The notes under the pieces: generated by a model | Seen by the model: the letters and a program-made list of their open reading frames with translations, nothing else | Told to the model about the DNA's origin: nothing | Database searches by the model: none | Part shown: in pieces, positions 61,496-64,000 of the stretch | Numbering within the stretch: the stretch's first letter is position 1 | How the letters are laid out: the number at the start of each line of letters is the position of its first letter | Program-made: the position numbers and the translations under genes | Origin: Acidimicrobiales bacterium | GTDB taxonomy: Bacteria > Actinomycetota > Acidimicrobiia > Acidimicrobiales > Bin134 | DNA: 64,000 nt | Direction: 5' to 3' | Assembly: GCA_963663255.1 (NCBI GenBank) | Contig: OY760141.1 | Location: 2,253,103 to 2,317,102, forward strand

Positions 61496-62536
61496 ATGAG
61501 AAAGCTATGGAAGCTGTTTGCATTGCTGTTTGCGTTGACACTCGTGGCCGCGGCATGCGGCAACGACGACGACACCAGCGAACCCGCACCCAGCGAGCCA
61601 ACTGAAGCAGCGGCACCAGCCACTGAAGCACCAGAACCAACCGAGGTGGTAGAAGTCGACCCAACCCAGGGCTGCGACCACACCTTCCACGTCATCACCC
61701 ACGGTGACTCCGGTACCTTCTGGTCGGTGGTCGAGGTGGCCGTACGCGACGCCGCCGCAGCCATCGGCTGCGACGTGGTCTACTTCGGCTCCAACAACGA
61801 CGCCTTGAGGCAAGCCCAAGAGATTGAGGCGGCCATCGCTGCCGGCTCCAGCGGCATCGCCATCTCGCTGGCCGACCCGGCTGGCGTTCAGTCGGCTGCT
61901 GAAGCTGTGGTTGCCGCGGGCATCCCGCTGTACACGCTCAACTCGGGTGTGAACAACTACAAAGACCTGGGCGCTACCACCCATATCGGCCAGACCGAGA
62001 CGGTGGCCGGAAACGGTGCCGGCGAGCGGTTCAACGCTCTGGGCGCCACCCACGTGCTCTGCGCCCGCCAGGAGCAGACCAACGTGGCATTGGAAGAGCG
62101 CTGCAATGGCTTGGCCGAGACCTTCGACGGCCAGGTGACCTCGGAGTTCGTCGGTCTCGACGCCACTCCCGATGAGCAGCAGAACACCATCGCCGCCATC
62201 CTTCAAGGCGACGAAAGCATCGACGGCGTGCTCGGCGTCGGTCCGAACCTGCCCTTGCGGGCCCTCGCGGCCGGTGAGCAAGCCGGTAGGGACCTCATCA
62301 TCGGCGGCTTCGACCTGTCCAGCGACCTGATCGACCAGATCGAGCAGGGCAATGTGGCCTTCACCGTCGACCAGCAGCAGTACCTCCAGGGCTATCTGCC
62401 GGTGATCTTGATGTACCTGCAAGCCACCAACCTGAACACCGCTGGCGGCGGCCTGCCCATCCTCACCGGTCCGGGCTTCGTCGACACCGCCAACGCGGCC
62501 GACGTCAAGGCATTGGTTTCCGAGGGAACCCGCTAA
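61496..62536 (+). CDS. Sugar ABC transporter substrate-binding lipoprotein
   Basis: gagagggg RBS, signal peptide plus lipobox (LVAAACG), and a type 1 PBP pattern. Confidence 0.85.
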   Translation: MRKLWKLFALLFALTLVAAACGNDDDTSEPAPSEPTEAAAPATEAPEPTEVVEVDPTQGCDHTFHVITHGDSGTFWSVVEVAVRDAAAAIGCDVVYFGSNNDALRQAQEIEAAIAAGSSGIAISLADPAGVQSAAEAVVAAGIPLYTLNSGVNNYKDLGATTHIGQTETVAGNGAGERFNALGATHVLCARQEQTNVALEERCNGLAETFDGQVTSEFVGLDATPDEQQNTIAAILQGDESIDGVLGVGPNLPLRALAAGEQAGRDLIIGGFDLSSDLIDQIEQGNVAFTVDQQQYLQGYLPVILMYLQATNLNTAGGGLPILTGPGFVDTANAADVKALVSEGTR

Positions 62537-62551
62537 ACCCAATTACCTGAA

Positions 62552-62617
62552 CTGCGACGCCGAACGCGTCGCAGACAACAGAGGAGCGCTGCCCGGGCAT
62601 CCGGGCAGCGCTCCTCT
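62552..62617 (+). terminator. Tandem hairpins (9-bp and 17-bp perfect stems) downstream of the SBP gene
   Basis: CTGCGACGC-cgaac-GCGTCGCAG at 62552-62574. AGAGGAGCGCTGCCCGG-gcat-CCGGGCAGCGCTCCTCT at 62580-62617, followed by catttcg. Confidence 0.6.
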
Positions 62618-62684
62618 CATTTCGTCTACAGTCAACGAAGTTCATTAGTCGGGTAATTCGCCCAGGTTGAGAGGGGGGACTCTC

Positions 62685-64000
62685 GTGGCCGAAGTGACCA
62701 CCACGAATGACTCTGCGGATAGTTCGTCGCCAGCACAAGACGAGCGACTAGCCCATCGGGGACCGGTCCAGCAGCTGCTGACCAGGCCCGAGATCGGTGC
62801 CCTAATCGGCGCAGTCGGGGTCTGGCTGCTGTTCTGGCTGGTTTCTGCGCCGTTCGGAACCGCAGGCGGAACGGCCAACTACTTGGACGTGGCCGCCATC
62901 CTCGGCCTGATGGCTGTGCCGGTTGCCCTATTGATGATCGGGGGTGAATTCGACCTCTCCTCGGGTTCCATGACCGGCGCCACCGCGGTGATCGTGATCC
63001 TATTGAGCAGCGACACCGCTGAGCTGGGCGGTGCCGGGCTAAGCCTTCACCTAGCCGTCCCGCTCTCGCTGGCCTTTGCTCTGGCCATCGGCTGGTTCAA
63101 CGGGACGCTGGTGGACAAAACCTCGCTGCCCAGCTTCATCGTCACCCTGGGTACTTTCTTCATCCTCATAGGGGCCAAGCTTGGATTCACCAAGCTGTTC
63201 ACCAACAAGGTGATCGCCGAAGGTCTCGACAAGTCGGGCGGCTACGAGTTCTGGAACAACATCTTCGGCGCCACTTGGATCCGAAACGGCCACGTCTGGG
63301 ACGACCGAGACTGGGCGTGGGGCGGTCTGCTCATTATCGGCGCGGTCGTTTTGATCTTGGGCACCATGGAGTTGGCCTACGCCCGACGCGAAAAGCCCAA
63401 CATGGGCGGATACCTGATCTCGGCAATCGGTACAGCCGTCGGTGCCATCGGTTTCATCCTGCTGCTGAATCAGGACAGCAAGAGCTCCAACTGGGTTTTT
63501 GGAATCGTCACCGGAGCGGGAGTGCTGGTGGCGGTGGCCGGTTGGTGTCTGGCCCGTTACCAGCCAGCCGAGCGAGAACCAGCCCCAACAGAACACGACC
63601 CGCGGATGGTCAAATTTCTCATCGCCGGGGCCGTAGCCATCGGTGGGGCCATTTTGATCGCCGCGGTCATGGACCAAGAGAATTCCGACCGCCTCGACTT
63701 TTTGACCGGTACGCCGGGACGCGCCGTGCTGGCCATCGGCATCGGGGCCACCGGTGTATTGGCCGTGCTGGCCGCTCTGGGACGAGTCAGCGTGGGATAC
63801 CCGGCCATCGGTGCATTCATCGCCCTCATCCCCGCCGTCAGCTACATGATCACGGTTCAGGGCGCCCGGGCCATCCTCTTTGGCATCTTGGCCATTGCCG
63901 GTGTGGTATTGCTCAGCATTGCCGCTCGGCGCCGAGGGCTGGCGGCGGTGTTCACCCTGCTTACCTCGGTGGGCATTGTGATTCTGGCCTTCTTCATCCA
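62685..64000 (+). CDS. Sugar ABC transporter permease (BPD_transp_2 type); 3' end beyond window
   Basis: Not in the ORF track because there is no stop inside the window. GTG 62685 follows gagagggggg RBS. My translation gives ...LMIGGEFDLSSGSMTGA...SFIVTLGTFFIL... and is open to nt 64000. Confidence 0.7.
   Translation, partial: MAEVTTTNDSADSSSPAQDERLAHRGPVQQLLTRPEIGALIGAVGVWLLFWLVSAPFGTAGGTANYLDVAAILGLMAVPVALLMIGGEFDLSSGSMTGATAVIVILLSSDTAELGGAGLSLHLAVPLSLAFALAIGWFNGTLVDKTSLPSFIVTLGTFFILIGAKLGFTKLFTNKVIAEGLDKSGGYEFWNNIFGATWIRNGHVWDDRDWAWGGLLIIGAVVLILGTMELAYARREKPNMGGYLISAIGTAVGAIGFILLLNQDSKSSNWVFGIVTGAGVLVAVAGWCLARYQPAEREPAPTEHDPRMVKFLIAGAVAIGGAILIAAVMDQENSDRLDFLTGTPGRAVLAIGIGATGVLAVLAALGRVSVGYPAIGAFIALIPAVSYMITVQGARAILFGILAIAGVVLLSIAARRRGLAAVFTLLTSVGIVILAFFI

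Noticed and set aside
61505-62542. 345-aa minus-strand ORF.
   Set aside because: It is antisense to the SBP gene, which has an RBS, a lipobox and a PBP fold pattern.

Overview
High-GC, tightly packed chromosome segment of actinobacterial type: PASTA Ser/Thr kinase, F420-type PPOX and LLM enzymes, gatCAB, ilvBNC and ilvD, ligA, leaderless-looking starts, and many 4-nt ATGA/GTGA gene overlaps. Layout: (i) 1-8.1 kb is a lipid/xenobiotic-type cluster with D-aminoacylase-like amidohydrolase, thiolase, P450, nitroreductase, two crotonases, an amidohydrolase and an F420 PPOX. (ii) About 8.1-17.1 kb is a visibly AT-richer accessory island made almost entirely of defence or selfish genes. It holds a type II R-M pair, an orphan PD-(D/E)xK nuclease, an overlapping DUF5343-like/TIGR02391 (Rx4H, HEPN-like) pair, a divergent Mrr-type nuclease with an extra C-terminal domain, an orphan membrane-anchored protein, and decayed remnants of a DUF1778 antitoxin and a DUF222/HNH gene. 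I saw no integrase, tRNA or att repeat. (iii) 17.1-19.7 kb has two diverged esterase paralogues bracketing a mazEF module. (iv) 19.9-40.9 kb is core metabolism: fused CoA-transferase, metY, ilvBNC with a candidate leader peptide and attenuator, ilvD, a MATE pump, gatCAB and the PASTA kinase. (v) 40.9-55.4 kb is a roughly 14-gene same-strand catabolic cluster with a split ABC transporter. (vi) 56.4-64 kb has a DUF222 HNH endonuclease start-stop coupled to ligA, then a second sugar ABC locus. The most unusual single observation is a SelW/Rdx-like ORF (4067-4339, minus strand) in which both redox-motif positions are in-frame TGA, making it a candidate U-x-x-U selenoprotein, 26 nt upstream of the P450. 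Many long ORFs in the supplied track are antisense or alternate-frame shadows of real genes, as is typical at high GC. Several listed ORFs also carry spurious N-terminal extensions, and I trimmed these to starts supported by overlap coupling or an RBS.
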